Source: Defluviicoccus sp.
Lineage (GTDB): Bacteria; Pseudomonadota; Alphaproteobacteria; MPNO01
Direction of reading: 5' to 3'
Assembly: GCA_022823775.1 (NCBI GenBank)
Contig: JAJEHI010000048.1
Location: forward strand, 42,267-106,266
DNA length: 64,000 nucleotides
Shown here: positions 18,718-28,689 of the stretch, piece by piece
Layout of the letters: each line of letters opens with the position of its first letter
How positions within the stretch are numbered: position 1 is the first letter of the stretch
Made by a program: the position numbers and the translations under genes
The notes under the pieces: model-generated
The model's input: the letters and a program-made list of their open reading frames with translations, nothing else
Databases searched by the model: none
What the model was told of the DNA's origin: nothing

Positions 18718-19290
18718 TCACGCGGCGTCGGACTGCGGCAGGTCGGTGCCCGCCGACGAGCCGGCTCCGACGACTTTGACGCTGTCGGTCTCCGGTTCGT
18801 AGGTCAGCGTGTCGACCTTGAACAGGTCGGCGCCCGTGACCCGAATGAACCCGGCCTCGTCCTCGAAATGGATCTGGTGGATTTCATGCGGGCCGAACTT
18901 GCCGACCTGGCCCGGTTCGAGCCGGTAGGCCCGGGTCCGTTCGATCTTCGCGTGGCCCTCCTTCGAACCGTCGTCGGTACGGCGGTATTCCGTCATGTCG
19001 GTCACGTTCCAGGCCTGGCCGTAGATCGCCCAGGACGCGCCGTGATCGTGCGGCGGAGAGGTTCGGCCACCGACGCTCTTGTGGGCATAGACGATGAAGC
19101 CCTTTTCGGGGTCCTTGTAGAGTTCCCGAATGCCGAAATCGAACTTCGGATCGCATTCCCGGGCCACGAAATCCGGGTTGTCGCGAATGAGCCGTTCGAG
19201 ATTCGACCGGATCCGCTCAAGATCGGCGACACCGTCCGGACCGTAAGCGCGCCTGTTGTCGGCGCAAAACTCTTCGAAGCTGTATGTCAT
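18718..19290 (-). CDS. Cupin-fold protein, cysteine-dioxygenase-like
   Basis: 190 aa. The cupin motif 1-like stretch is SPPHDHGASWAIYGQ, with HxH followed by Gly. Confidence 0.5.
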   Translation of the reverse strand: MTYSFEEFCADNRRAYGPDGVADLERIRSNLERLIRDNPDFVARECDPKFDFGIRELYKDPEKGFIVYAHKSVGGRTSPPHDHGASWAIYGQAWNVTDMTEYRRTDDGSKEGHAKIERTRAYRLEPGQVGKFGPHEIHQIHFEDEAGFIRVTGADLFKVDTLTYEPETDSVKVVGAGSSAGTDLPQSDAA

Positions 19291-19505
19291 GGCGGTTCCC
19301 TTCCATGAGCGACCGGGATTGGCCGGCGATCATGCTGCGATGCGCCGAATATTCACTCCCCGGAAGCCGGGAATGTCAATGGGTTCGAACGCCTTCAGAA
19401 CGATCGAAGGCGCTCTTCATCGGGCCGCGGTATGATGGGCCGGGCATTTCGGGCCGCGAGAGCGGTTCCCCGTCCCGCGGTGCGTTGCGATAACGGTTAT
19501 GGACA

Positions 19506-20300
19506 TTGGACATGGATGAGTTCGCTCACCAAGAAATCGCCGTGCCGATCGGGCCGGCCGACGTAAGCGCGGAAGAATGGAACGCCCGTGTCGACCTGGC
19601 CGCCGCGTTTCGCGTCGCCGCCCACTTCGGCTGGAACGATACGATTTACAATCACTTCTCCGCGCGAGTGGTCGATGCCCCGGCGACCATGGTGATGAAC
19701 CCGATGGGGATCGACTGGCACGAGGTGACGGCATCCAGCCTGATCAAGTCCGATTTCGAGGGCAACGATCTCTCCGACAGCCCTCTCGCCCTGGCGCCCG
19801 CGGGACGCAACTTCCACAGCGCCATATTCCGGCTGCGGCCCGACATCGGCTGCGTTCTGCACATCCATCCCGTCGCGGGCGTCGTCGTTTCCGCGCTGGA
19901 AGAGCCCTTGCTGCCGATCGATCAAAGCTCCGCGCTACTACAGGGCAAGGTCTCGTATCACGGCTACGAAGGCCTTGCCGAGGAGGCCGATGAGGGCCCG
20001 CGGATCGTCGACGATCTGGGCGAGAACAGGCTGCTGATCATGCGCAACCACGGCCTGTTGACCGTCGGGCGCACCATCGGCGAGGCCTTCGCGGGAATGC
20101 ACATGCTGGTCGACGCCTGCGAGGCCCAGGTCCGGCTGTTCGCGACAGGCCGGCAGGTCAGCGTACTCCCCCAAGATCTGTGCCGTCGCGTGCAGGAGCA
20201 GGTCGCCCGACGGCGCGACGACGCAACGCCCGGCGGCGGGCTTGAATGGAGGATGTACCGCCGCCTCGCGCTTCGCCTCGATCCGGGCTTCCGGACCTAG
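19506..20300 (+). CDS. Class II aldolase/adducin-family protein
   Basis: 264 aa. The family motifs are LHIHPVAGVVVSALE and the FSARV..MNPMG region. Confidence 0.75.
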   Translation: MDMDEFAHQEIAVPIGPADVSAEEWNARVDLAAAFRVAAHFGWNDTIYNHFSARVVDAPATMVMNPMGIDWHEVTASSLIKSDFEGNDLSDSPLALAPAGRNFHSAIFRLRPDIGCVLHIHPVAGVVVSALEEPLLPIDQSSALLQGKVSYHGYEGLAEEADEGPRIVDDLGENRLLIMRNHGLLTVGRTIGEAFAGMHMLVDACEAQVRLFATGRQVSVLPQDLCRRVQEQVARRRDDATPGGGLEWRMYRRLALRLDPGFRT

Positions 20301-21994
20301 CGTCCGAGAGCGACGTCGACGATCGCCGTCTGTCCGCGCTCCACCCTCGCCAGACCGTCCGCCAGCGTTTCCGCCAGCTCGTCGGGGCCCTCGACCCGCA
20401 CGCCATGTGCGCCGAATGCCGCCGCGAGATGACGGTAGTCGGGCGCGGCGATCTGCAGGCCGTCGAATGCGTTTTCCGCGACCGCCACGCCGTCGGGGTA
20501 AGAGCGTTCGTGCTCCCACTGCATGGCCGCGTAGCGGCCGTTGTCGAACACGACGATCAGGATCGGCAGGCCGTAATCCCGGGCGGCGCCGAGACTCTGC
20601 ACGACCGGATTGTAGAGCAGCCCGCCATCGCCCATCAGCGCGACCACCGGCCGCTCTGGCGCGGCGAGTTTCAACCCGAGCGCCAGGCCCAGACCCTGCC
20701 CCAGCCCGCCGCGCGAAGTGAAGTAGCTCTTGGCCCGGCTCCATTCCAGGTGAGCCCGGATCATCCCGCCGTGAAGCGTGGTTTCGTCGACATAGATCGC
20801 TTGTTCCGGAACGGCACGGTTGAGCGATTCGATGAGCCACAGGGGGTCGATGGGCGCGGTCCTGCGAGTCTCTTCGCGGCGACGGTGGAGCGTTTCAACC
20901 AGCGACTGGTGTTCGGCGTACAACCTTTCGCGGCGCACCTCGATCTTTCGTTCGTCCACCGGCAGGGTATCCAGCGCGCCGAGGAGCTGTTCCAGGGTGC
21001 GCGCCGCATCCCCTTCGAGATAGAGATCGGCGGACAGGTTCTGAAACGCCATGTGCGGCCGGTGCGGGTTCTCGTCGATGCTCACCACGGTGGCGGCGGG
21101 CGGGCGGTTCCGCGTCGGGTACCACGGTGCGCGCGTCCGGATTGCGAGAACGAGATCGACATCCCCGGGGAACCGATCGGGACTCATCCCCTGATAGAGG
21201 CCGTCGGTCTTGTCGAAATTGGCGGACGCCGAAGACGCCCCGTCGAAGACGGCGACAGCCATCCGCTCGGCGAGGCGCGCAAGCGCTTCGAACCCGCGCT
21301 CGCTTGCGCCGAGCGTTTCGGCGACGACGACGGGATTTTCGGCCTCGACCAGGAGGCGGGCGGCTTTCTCGACGTCCTCGGCCGCGGACTGCACGGGCGA
21401 AGGGGCGGCGACGTCCCGGACGGCATCCGGAGCCTCCCACTCCGCCAGCATCGTTTCGTAAGGGATACTCAGATAGGTCGGCCCCCGGGGAACGCGCTGG
21501 GCGATTTCTCCCGCCCGTACGACCGACTGGTAGACCGTGTGCGGCGAGGAAACATGGGTTGCCCACTTCGCAATCGGCGCGACGAGGGATTGCGTGCCGC
21601 CGACCACGCTCAGGTTGCGCAGCCACTGGCCGCCCGGATCGAAATCGGGATCTTCGCCATAGGACGACGATTCGCCCGAGAGCACGACCAGCGGAACCTC
21701 CCAATGGGTCGCGCCCATGATACCCATCGCGCCCTGGAGCAGACCCGCCCCGGCGTGGAGCATCACCGCTTGGAGCCGCTCCGTGGCGAGCGCATAGCCG
21801 ATCGCCATGTCGACGGCGAGCGTCTCGTGCCAGCAATCGAGGAATCGGGGACCCTCGGAATTGGCGCGGTTTTGCCGCGCGACGGCTTCCCAGACCGGGC
21901 CGAGCTCGGAACCGGGCGAAGACATGATGCAGTCGACCCGCAAGCGCCTGAGCGCCTCAAGCACGGCTTCGCCGATATCTGCGCGATTGGTCAT
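20297..21994 (-). CDS. Thiamine-pyrophosphate-dependent enzyme (acetolactate synthase / benzoylformate decarboxylase-like)
   Basis: 565 aa. The TPP-binding motif is GDGGLLYNPVVQSLGAARDYGLPILIVVFDNGRY. Confidence 0.8.
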   Translation of the reverse strand: MTNRADIGEAVLEALRRLRVDCIMSSPGSELGPVWEAVARQNRANSEGPRFLDCWHETLAVDMAIGYALATERLQAVMLHAGAGLLQGAMGIMGATHWEVPLVVLSGESSSYGEDPDFDPGGQWLRNLSVVGGTQSLVAPIAKWATHVSSPHTVYQSVVRAGEIAQRVPRGPTYLSIPYETMLAEWEAPDAVRDVAAPSPVQSAAEDVEKAARLLVEAENPVVVAETLGASERGFEALARLAERMAVAVFDGASSASANFDKTDGLYQGMSPDRFPGDVDLVLAIRTRAPWYPTRNRPPAATVVSIDENPHRPHMAFQNLSADLYLEGDAARTLEQLLGALDTLPVDERKIEVRRERLYAEHQSLVETLHRRREETRRTAPIDPLWLIESLNRAVPEQAIYVDETTLHGGMIRAHLEWSRAKSYFTSRGGLGQGLGLALGLKLAAPERPVVALMGDGGLLYNPVVQSLGAARDYGLPILIVVFDNGRYAAMQWEHERSYPDGVAVAENAFDGLQIAAPDYRHLAAAFGAHGVRVEGPDELAETLADGLARVERGQTAIVDVALGR

Positions 21995-22024
21995 CTGGCG
22001 TCCTTTCGAGACCGGACCGGTTTC

Positions 22025-23344
22025 CTAGCCCAGGCGCATCAGCGCCGGCAGCCAGGTCACCGCGCCCGGAACGAGCATCAGCACGATAAGCAGCGCGATC
22101 TCGAGCAAGATGAAGGGCGCGACGGCAAGGTAGATCTGCTGCATCGTGGTGTCCTTGGGCGCGACGCTCTTCATGACGAAGAGGAGCAGGCCGAAGGGCG
22201 GCGTCGTCTGGCCGATTTCGAGCGCCAGCAGCATCAGGACCCCGAACCAGATCAGGTCGAAACCCGCGAAATGCGCCAGCGGGACGAAGAAGGGCAGCGT
22301 GATCAACATGATGCTGAGCGGGTCCATGATGCAGCCCAGGATGAGAGTGATCGCCATCATCCCCGCGATCAGCACCAGCGGCGACGGCTCGACCAGACGC
22401 ATCAGACCGAGCAGTCCGGATGTCGCACCGGAAAATGCCAGGATCTGCGAAAACGTAAGGGACGCGGCGATGATGAACAGGACCATGACCGCGATCCGGC
22501 CGGTCTCCCGCACGGCGGTCAGGAACGACGCCCAGGTGAAGGAGCGATAGGCCATCGCCGCGATCACCGCGCCGATGGCGCCGCACGAGGCCGATTCCGT
22601 CGGCGTCGCGAAGCCGGCAAGAATGCTCCCGATCACCAGCAGGAACAGCCCGAACAGGGGAACTACGTAGATCAGAAAGGGCCTGACGCGCTCCCGAAAG
22701 CTCATTCGCGGCAGATCGTAGGCGGGCGCAAGCGAGGGATCGAACCGGCATCGCAGGATGACGTACGAAAAATGGGTGCACGCCATCAGGAAGCCCGGCA
22801 CCGCGCCGGCGATGAGAATTCCCGCGATCGAGATCTCCGCGAGGCTGCCCAGCAGAATCGCGAGCCCCGACGGCGGGATGAGCATCGCGATGCCGCCGGT
22901 GCCGAGGATGGGACCCATCGTCATCGACCAGTGATAGCCGCGCCGGCGCATTTCCGGCATCAGGGTGGAGCCCAGCATCGCCGTATTCGCCATCGTCGAG
23001 CCGGACAGCGCGGAAAACGTGGTCCCGCCGATCACCGCGACCAGACAAAGCCGGCCCGGCACCCGGGCGATCAGCCGGTCGATGGCGTCGATCGCGCGGA
23101 CCGCGACGCCGGAGTGGTAGAGGACCTCGCCCATCAACAGGAAGCACACGACCGGCGCGAGCGGGAACTTTCCCACCGCTTCGACCGTGTTCCGGACCCA
23201 CTGGATCAGGCCGGGCTCGCCGCCGAAAAAGATCGTCGCGCCGACGATATTGGCCCCGAAGAACGCGAACGCGACCGGAACGCCCATCAGCATCAGGGCG
23301 ATGGACAGGCCGACAAGGAGCAGCAGCGCCAGATACCATTCCAT
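22025..23344 (-). CDS. dctM: TRAP transporter large permease (DctM family)
   Basis: Real start MEWYLALLLLVGL at 23344; the track ORF 22025..23830 has a 162-aa read-through. It is a polytopic membrane protein with DctM-family motifs. Confidence 0.85.
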   Translation of the reverse strand: MEWYLALLLLVGLSIALMLMGVPVAFAFFGANIVGATIFFGGEPGLIQWVRNTVEAVGKFPLAPVVCFLLMGEVLYHSGVAVRAIDAIDRLIARVPGRLCLVAVIGGTTFSALSGSTMANTAMLGSTLMPEMRRRGYHWSMTMGPILGTGGIAMLIPPSGLAILLGSLAEISIAGILIAGAVPGFLMACTHFSYVILRCRFDPSLAPAYDLPRMSFRERVRPFLIYVVPLFGLFLLVIGSILAGFATPTESASCGAIGAVIAAMAYRSFTWASFLTAVRETGRIAVMVLFIIAASLTFSQILAFSGATSGLLGLMRLVEPSPLVLIAGMMAITLILGCIMDPLSIMLITLPFFVPLAHFAGFDLIWFGVLMLLALEIGQTTPPFGLLLFVMKSVAPKDTTMQQIYLAVAPFILLEIALLIVLMLVPGAVTWLPALMRLG

Positions 23345-23346
23345 CG

Positions 23347-23880
23347 CTACAGCCCCTCGCGGCGCGGATCGCCGCGGCGCATTTCGCCGTCTTCGCCCCG
23401 GACGACGTCGCGAAGCCGGCGTACGCACTCGATGCAGAGGAGCAGGGCGGCCACGGGCAGCACCGCGAGCAGCCACCATTCGCGGATTGTGAAGGTCTTG
23501 ACCAGGGCGTAGTTCTCGGCGCGCGAGAGGAGCGCCGCCCGGACGCCGTAGTAGAAAAAGATCGCACAGATGACGAGCAGCAGGATACCGGCGAGGATCG
23601 CGAGGTAACGCCTCGGACGCGGCGGCAGGACGCCCGGAACGATGTCCACCGTAACGTGCCGGCCCAGGCGAAGGACGTAGGCTGTCCCGACGAAAGTCAG
23701 CAGGAACAGGCCGTACTCGACGACCTCGATCATCCACTCGATGCTTCCGACGCCGATGTTGCGCAGCACGACATCGACGGCGATCCCGCAGACGACGAGC
23801 ACGACGATGACGCCGGGAATTTCGCCGCATGCGCGCAGCAGCCCGTCATGGGCGCGGCGGAGGTGATGCGTCATCGCCAA
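23347..23880 (-). CDS. dctQ: TRAP transporter small permease (DctQ family)
   Basis: 177 aa with four TM helices, immediately upstream of dctM. Confidence 0.75.
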   Translation of the reverse strand: MAMTHHLRRAHDGLLRACGEIPGVIVVLVVCGIAVDVVLRNIGVGSIEWMIEVVEYGLFLLTFVGTAYVLRLGRHVTVDIVPGVLPPRPRRYLAILAGILLLVICAIFFYYGVRAALLSRAENYALVKTFTIREWWLLAVLPVAALLLCIECVRRLRDVVRGEDGEMRRGDPRREGL

Positions 23881-23953
23881 ATCGATCCGGGCCGGCCCGC
23901 GGACGAGAACCGTCCTGCGCCCGGCCGGTGCCGGGCGCCGGAACGGAGGCGTG

Positions 23954-24958
23954 CTAGTCGGTCACCAGCGGCTTCAGCGTGCCGGTGAACTCGGGCCCCG
24001 TTTTCATCGCCGCGCCCCAGATCGCATCCTGGGACATCCTGGCCAGCCGGTCCGCCTCCGCCTTGGGCAGCTCGACAAGCTCAAGCCCGAGCTCGAGCAG
24101 CTTCGCGCCCATCTCGTCGTTCTTACGGAAGAAATCCTGGTTGACCTGACCCTCGATAAAGAGTCCCATCCCCTCCATGAAACTCCGTTGAGCGTCGTTC
24201 ATGCGCTTCCACGCGCCCAGATTGACAAGCACCATGACGGCCGGGTTGTAGACGCCCGGATCGACGCGGTATTTGACGACCTTGTAAAGCCGTGTGGGCA
24301 AGACGAAGTTGAACGGCAACACAAAACCTTCCACCACGCCCCGTTCGGTCGCGGTGTATATCTGGCCCAACCCCATCGACACGCCGTCGGCTCCTAGATC
24401 CTGAATCAGCTGGCGGGTCGCCGGCGAACGTCGGATCCTGAGACCCTTGAAATCGCCGAGCGTGCCAACCTTCTTCTTGAGGAAGAAGTGATGCGGCGCG
24501 CCCCATCCGAACTGCGCGAGGAAGTGTATGTTCGTCTTCTTGGCGAAAACCTCGCGCAGATATTTGTAGGCGCCCGCCTTGCGTTGTTCGGCGGGCGGAC
24601 GCGTCGTTGCGTTCAGAACTTCCGATCCCGGTATGAGATTGTTGCACCAGCTGACCGGAAACGCCGCGATCTGGACGATCCCGTTCTTGACCACGTTGCA
24701 CCATTGCTGGCGCGAAACCGTCTCCGGACCGACGACCTTGGGGATCTGCACGACCCCCTTGCCCTTCCGGTTCACCTCGTCGACGAACCGTTGCCAGCCC
24801 ACGCCGTAAAGCGACCGCTTCGCGGCCGTGAAGAATCCCGCGTTGAGGTCCATCGCGGCAGACGCTGCCACGCCGCCGGCCATTGGCGCCGATAGCGCCG
24901 CCAGTATCGCCGCGACGCCCAATTGCCTCGTAAGTCCGGTTCGTGACGCTTTGTGCAT
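23954..24958 (-). CDS. dctP: TRAP transporter substrate-binding protein (DctP family)
   Basis: Real start MHKASRTGLTRQLGVAAILAALSA (signal peptide) at 24958. The RBS GGGAGGAGA lies 8 nt upstream. Confidence 0.8.
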   Translation of the reverse strand: MHKASRTGLTRQLGVAAILAALSAPMAGGVAASAAMDLNAGFFTAAKRSLYGVGWQRFVDEVNRKGKGVVQIPKVVGPETVSRQQWCNVVKNGIVQIAAFPVSWCNNLIPGSEVLNATTRPPAEQRKAGAYKYLREVFAKKTNIHFLAQFGWGAPHHFFLKKKVGTLGDFKGLRIRRSPATRQLIQDLGADGVSMGLGQIYTATERGVVEGFVLPFNFVLPTRLYKVVKYRVDPGVYNPAVMVLVNLGAWKRMNDAQRSFMEGMGLFIEGQVNQDFFRKNDEMGAKLLELGLELVELPKAEADRLARMSQDAIWGAAMKTGPEFTGTLKPLVTD

Positions 24959-25016
24959 TTTCTCCTCCCTTTCTCTTGCGTTGCGTATTCCTTCGACCGG
25001 GATCCGGCGGACGCCT

Positions 25017-26402
25017 TCAAAAGGCGTTCGCCAGGACGCGATCGGCCGCCCGCGCGCCCGCCACACGCCCCGAGGCGAGCGCCCATCCGAGCGCATGGCC
25101 ATGACCGCCGAAATAATGAATCCAGCCCGCGCAGGCGCCGGCCGCGTAGAGGCCCGGGATGGGATCGCCGTCGACGGAGAGGACCCGCATCTCTTCGTCG
25201 ATCGCCAACCCCGCGCCGTCGATCATGAGGTAATTGCGCAGCGGGCCGAGGACGAAATAAGGCGGTTGCGCGAGGCTCGCGCCGCTGGCCCGGAGGTCCG
25301 TGGTCTTGCAGCCCACGAGCTCTGCTATGCCGTCGAGCGTGTCGGTCTCCGCGTACCACTCGAGTGCCTTGCAGTCCTCGAGATAGAAATATCCGACGGT
25401 GGGCGCCGTCGCGATATAGGGCTTGCCCGTCCGTTTCCAGCCGTCGCGGCCGGGGCCGACATCGTCGGCGGCGGAGGCCAGGCGAGCGGCGACCGCGGAG
25501 TCGAAGACGATGAAGATATCCTCCGGCTCCTCGACCTCGGCTTGCGGGGAAGGATGGGTGCGCCCCGAACGACCGATCCGGACCGCGCCCGCGGCGTAGA
25601 AATCCGCCGCGGGCTCCACATGGGGAGCATCGACGAAGCGGCATTGCGGCGCGGGCGGGCGCTGAGGCGGGTTCATTCGCGCACCGGCGCGCATCGCCAT
25701 TTTCTGAACTTCTCCCGAGGCGAAGCTGCGAAAGACCTCACCCTCCACCGCTGTGCCCGTTAGCGCCTCGATCAGCGCGAAATCCGCGGCGCTGTCGCCC
25801 GCGGCCAAGACCGCCGTCCCGGCGCGGATGTGCCGGCTCTCGCCGTTTCGCTCGCAGACGACTCCCGAAACCCGTCCGGCGTGATCGAGGATCAGATCCT
25901 TCGCCGGGCTTTCCCTTACGATCCTGACGCCCAGCTCGCGGCAGCCTTTTTCGAGCGCTGCGACGATGGCGCCGCCGTCCGGCACGACATTGTGCAGTCT
26001 CGGGGTTCGGTGCGGCTTTTCCGGGTGGGGCCCCCTGAACTCCACGCCGAGCGCCGTCAGCTGTTCGAAGGTTTCCGGAGACCGTTCGATCAGGAACCGG
26101 GCCTTCTCCTCCTCGAGCCGGGCGCCCGTCCTGTCGAAATAATCCCTCAGCTCCGCCAGATGATCTTCGTGGCGGTCGTCGATCCCGGCTTGCTTCTGAA
26201 ATTCGGTTTGGGAGGCGGTCAGGATGCCCATCGCCAGTGCGGTCTTGCCGCCGAGAGCCGCTTCGCGCTCGAACAGACCCACCTCGACCCCCTTCTCGGC
26301 GGCGACGAGGGCCGCCATGAGTCCCGCGCCGCCGCCGCCGATGACGACGGCATCCACGGCGTCGTCCCAGATCGTCCGCGAGAGATGCAACGGACCGCTC
26401 AT
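25017..26402 (-). CDS. FAD-dependent oxidoreductase (FAD_binding_2; fumarate-reductase/succinate-dehydrogenase flavoprotein-like, TcuA/KstD-like)
   Basis: Real start MSGPLHLSRTIW at 26402. The dinucleotide-binding motif is AVVIGGGGAGLMAALVAAEKG. It is the first gene of the dctPQM operon. Confidence 0.75.
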   Translation of the reverse strand: MSGPLHLSRTIWDDAVDAVVIGGGGAGLMAALVAAEKGVEVGLFEREAALGGKTALAMGILTASQTEFQKQAGIDDRHEDHLAELRDYFDRTGARLEEEKARFLIERSPETFEQLTALGVEFRGPHPEKPHRTPRLHNVVPDGGAIVAALEKGCRELGVRIVRESPAKDLILDHAGRVSGVVCERNGESRHIRAGTAVLAAGDSAADFALIEALTGTAVEGEVFRSFASGEVQKMAMRAGARMNPPQRPPAPQCRFVDAPHVEPAADFYAAGAVRIGRSGRTHPSPQAEVEEPEDIFIVFDSAVAARLASAADDVGPGRDGWKRTGKPYIATAPTVGYFYLEDCKALEWYAETDTLDGIAELVGCKTTDLRASGASLAQPPYFVLGPLRNYLMIDGAGLAIDEEMRVLSVDGDPIPGLYAAGACAGWIHYFGGHGHALGWALASGRVAGARAADRVLANAF

Positions 26403-26616
26403 TCCGGGACCTGTTTGCCCCGGCCGCCCTCGGCCAGCGCGCCCGGGATCGCGGCGGCGGTCTCGACCGAGCCGATGCCGGGCCGGCTCTCCCCCTCTGC
26501 TGCCATCCCGCCCCTCGACAGCTCCCCGTTGACTCATAAAATATAACCGATCATATTTACTATGACAAGAAATCGCCGTTGACCGATCTGTCCCCGCTTC
26601 CCCGACCGTCATGCCC

Positions 26617-26866
26617 GGAGTCGTGCCACTGCTGTCCGGTTTAATTCCCGTGGACCGAGTGCAAGGCTTGGGCACGCGCGGGTTATCGACCGCTCGGTCG
26701 GATCGATGCCCGGATCGCGCCACGCCGCGCCGCCCGTCGTCGTTGCCCGCTCTTGCCTCCCTCGTCATTTCGACCGGAGCGCGAAATGACGAGAGGGCGG
26801 AGACGGTCTTCCGTATCGGCGCGGAGCCCGGTCCGAAATTTAACCGGACAGCAGTGGCACGAGTCC
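26617..26866. repeat. MITE-like element: ~32-bp imperfect terminal inverted repeats flanking ~185 bp with an internal 14-bp perfect-arm palindrome
   Basis: Left inverted repeat GGAGTCGTGCCACTGCTGTCCGGTTTAATTCC (26617-26648). The reverse complement of the right repeat is GGACTCGTGCCACTGCTGTCCGGTTAAATTTC (26835-26866), with about 4 mismatches. The internal palindrome is CCCTCGTCATTTCG-accggagcg-CGAAATGACGAG(AG)GG. The region is non-coding, between two divergent TRAP operons. Confidence 0.45.
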
Positions 26867-27082
26867 GGCGTGACGATACCAGGGTAGGCGCCGCGTCGAC
26901 CGTGACGGGCGGTAGGAGAGATGCGCGTCCGCCGAGCCGGTCCGGGATCTTCCGGAAGGCCACCGTCGGTGCCGGCATCCTTGTTTCCGCGCGGGAACGG
27001 GTAGGCTACGATGTGCCGGTTGTTACGGCGTGTGCGTTGCGTATCCAGTCCCGGACGTAAATCGCAAAGCGAGGAATGAGAT

Positions 27083-28075
27083 ATGAGCATCGCCAAGACG
27101 CTACTCATGGTTGCCACGGGGCTCGTCTTCGCCACGGGCGTGGCGGCCCAGACGGTGATCAAGATCGGGCACGACCAGCCCGAGCACAGCACCCACCACC
27201 AGGCCGTGCTCAAGTGGAAGCAGGCCGTAGAAACGCGCAGCAAGGGCGCCTACAAGGTGGAGGCCTTCCCGGCCATGACGCTCGGTTCGGGCGTGCAGAT
27301 GGTCGAGCAGGTGCAGGCCGGAGCGATCCAGGCGGTCGCCGTTCCCTCGGCCTGGATCGCCCCCATCGTGCCGGACGTCCAGGTGCTCGACCTGCCCTTC
27401 CTGTTTCCCAGCCGCGAGGTGCTCTACAAGGTGGTCGACGGCCCGGTGGGCGTCGAAATCCTCAAGCCTCTCAACAAGGCCAATCTGCAGGGCATCGCCT
27501 TTTGGGAGAGCGGCTTCAAGCAGTTCACCGGCAATTTCCCGATCCGCCAGCCCAAGGACTACGAAGGCCACAAGATCCGCACCATGCCCGCACCGGTGAT
27601 CATGGAGCAGTTCAAGGCGTTCGGCGCCTCGCCGGTGGCGATCGATTTCAAGGAGCTCTACAACGCCCTGCAGCAGAAGGTGGTCGACGGCCAGGAGAAC
27701 CCGATCGCCACGATCGCGCTCATGCGGTTCTTCGAGGTCCAGAAATACCTGACGCTGAGCGACCACGGCTTCATCGCCTACATCTTCATGATGAACAAGG
27801 CGTTCCTCGACGGCCAGCCGGCCGACATGCGGGAGATCCTGGTCGACGAGGCGCGCGCCGCCGGGCGTTTCCAGCGCGATATCATCGCCAAGAGCGAGGC
27901 CGGCCACCTCGAGACCTTCCGCAAGGCGGGCGTCGAGATCATCGAGCTCTCGCCCGAGCAGCGGGCGATGTTCCAGAAGGCCTCGGGGCGGGTCTATGAC
28001 TGGTACGCCGAGAAGAAGGGCGTGGCGACCCTCAACCTGATCCGCGAGGCGGTCAAGTCCGTCACGATGAAATAG
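27083..28075 (+). CDS. dctP: TRAP transporter substrate-binding protein (DctP family)
   Basis: 330 aa with signal peptide MSIAKTLLMVATGLVFATGVAAQ. Confidence 0.85.
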   Translation: MSIAKTLLMVATGLVFATGVAAQTVIKIGHDQPEHSTHHQAVLKWKQAVETRSKGAYKVEAFPAMTLGSGVQMVEQVQAGAIQAVAVPSAWIAPIVPDVQVLDLPFLFPSREVLYKVVDGPVGVEILKPLNKANLQGIAFWESGFKQFTGNFPIRQPKDYEGHKIRTMPAPVIMEQFKAFGASPVAIDFKELYNALQQKVVDGQENPIATIALMRFFEVQKYLTLSDHGFIAYIFMMNKAFLDGQPADMREILVDEARAAGRFQRDIIAKSEAGHLETFRKAGVEIIELSPEQRAMFQKASGRVYDWYAEKKGVATLNLIREAVKSVTMK

Positions 28076-28113
28076 CCGGCGGCGGCTGGGCGGCGTCCCG
28101 CGACGGCGGTGCG

Positions 28114-28653
28114 GTGGAGCGGAGCGCCAGGGTGATCGGGTCGGTCTTAGCGCGGCTCGACCGGGCGCTCGGCCTCTGCGAAGCGGCCTTCGTCGCCCTG
28201 ACGATGGCGGCGGCGAGCATCCTCCTGTTCGTCAACGTCATCCTGCGCTACGTGTTCCTGTCGGCGCTGTCGTGGGCCGAAGAGGTCACGATGTATCTCA
28301 TCGTGTGGCTGGTCTTCGTCGGCGGCAGCGTCACGCTGCGGATGTTCGGCCACATTTCGATCGACCTGCTGCCGCTCGCTTTGCCGCCGGGCGGCCAGCG
28401 CCGGCTGAAGCTCGCCGTCTCGGCCGCGATGCTCGTCTTCTTCGCGGCCTTCTTCTATTACAGCGGGCAACACACCCTGCGGGTGATGGCGACGGGCCAG
28501 CTCACCCCGGTCCTCGAAGCGCCGATGTGGCTGACCTATCTTGCGATGCCGGTGGGCAGCCTGCTGATGGGCATCCGGACGGCCCAGATTCTCTACCGCA
28601 CGGCCTCGGCCGCGGGCGATGACACGTCGGGCACGACGACGCTCGCCGACTGA
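28114..28653 (+). CDS. dctQ: TRAP transporter small permease (DctQ family)
   Basis: 179 aa with four TM helices. Confidence 0.75.
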   Translation: MERSARVIGSVLARLDRALGLCEAAFVALTMAAASILLFVNVILRYVFLSALSWAEEVTMYLIVWLVFVGGSVTLRMFGHISIDLLPLALPPGGQRRLKLAVSAAMLVFFAAFFYYSGQHTLRVMATGQLTPVLEAPMWLTYLAMPVGSLLMGIRTAQILYRTASAAGDDTSGTTTLAD

Positions 28654-28689
28654 CGCCCCGAACCGGGCGCGTCCGCGCGGAGCCGCCGG

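Noticed and set aside
16188-18779. ORFs 16188..18779 (+, 863 aa) and 16750..18555 (-, 601 aa)
   Set aside because: They are alternative-frame or antisense to the well-supported amidohydrolase and DSD1 genes; their composition is extreme (R/G/A/D), with no motifs.
20246-23567. ORFs 20246..23512 (+, 1088 aa), 21957..23567 (-, 536 aa), 20895..21836 (-, 313 aa)
   Set aside because: They overlap the TPP enzyme and dctM/dctQ in other frames or on the opposite strand. Their products are poly-R/H/D/E low-complexity, whereas the chosen frames give canonical TPP and TRAP permease sequences.
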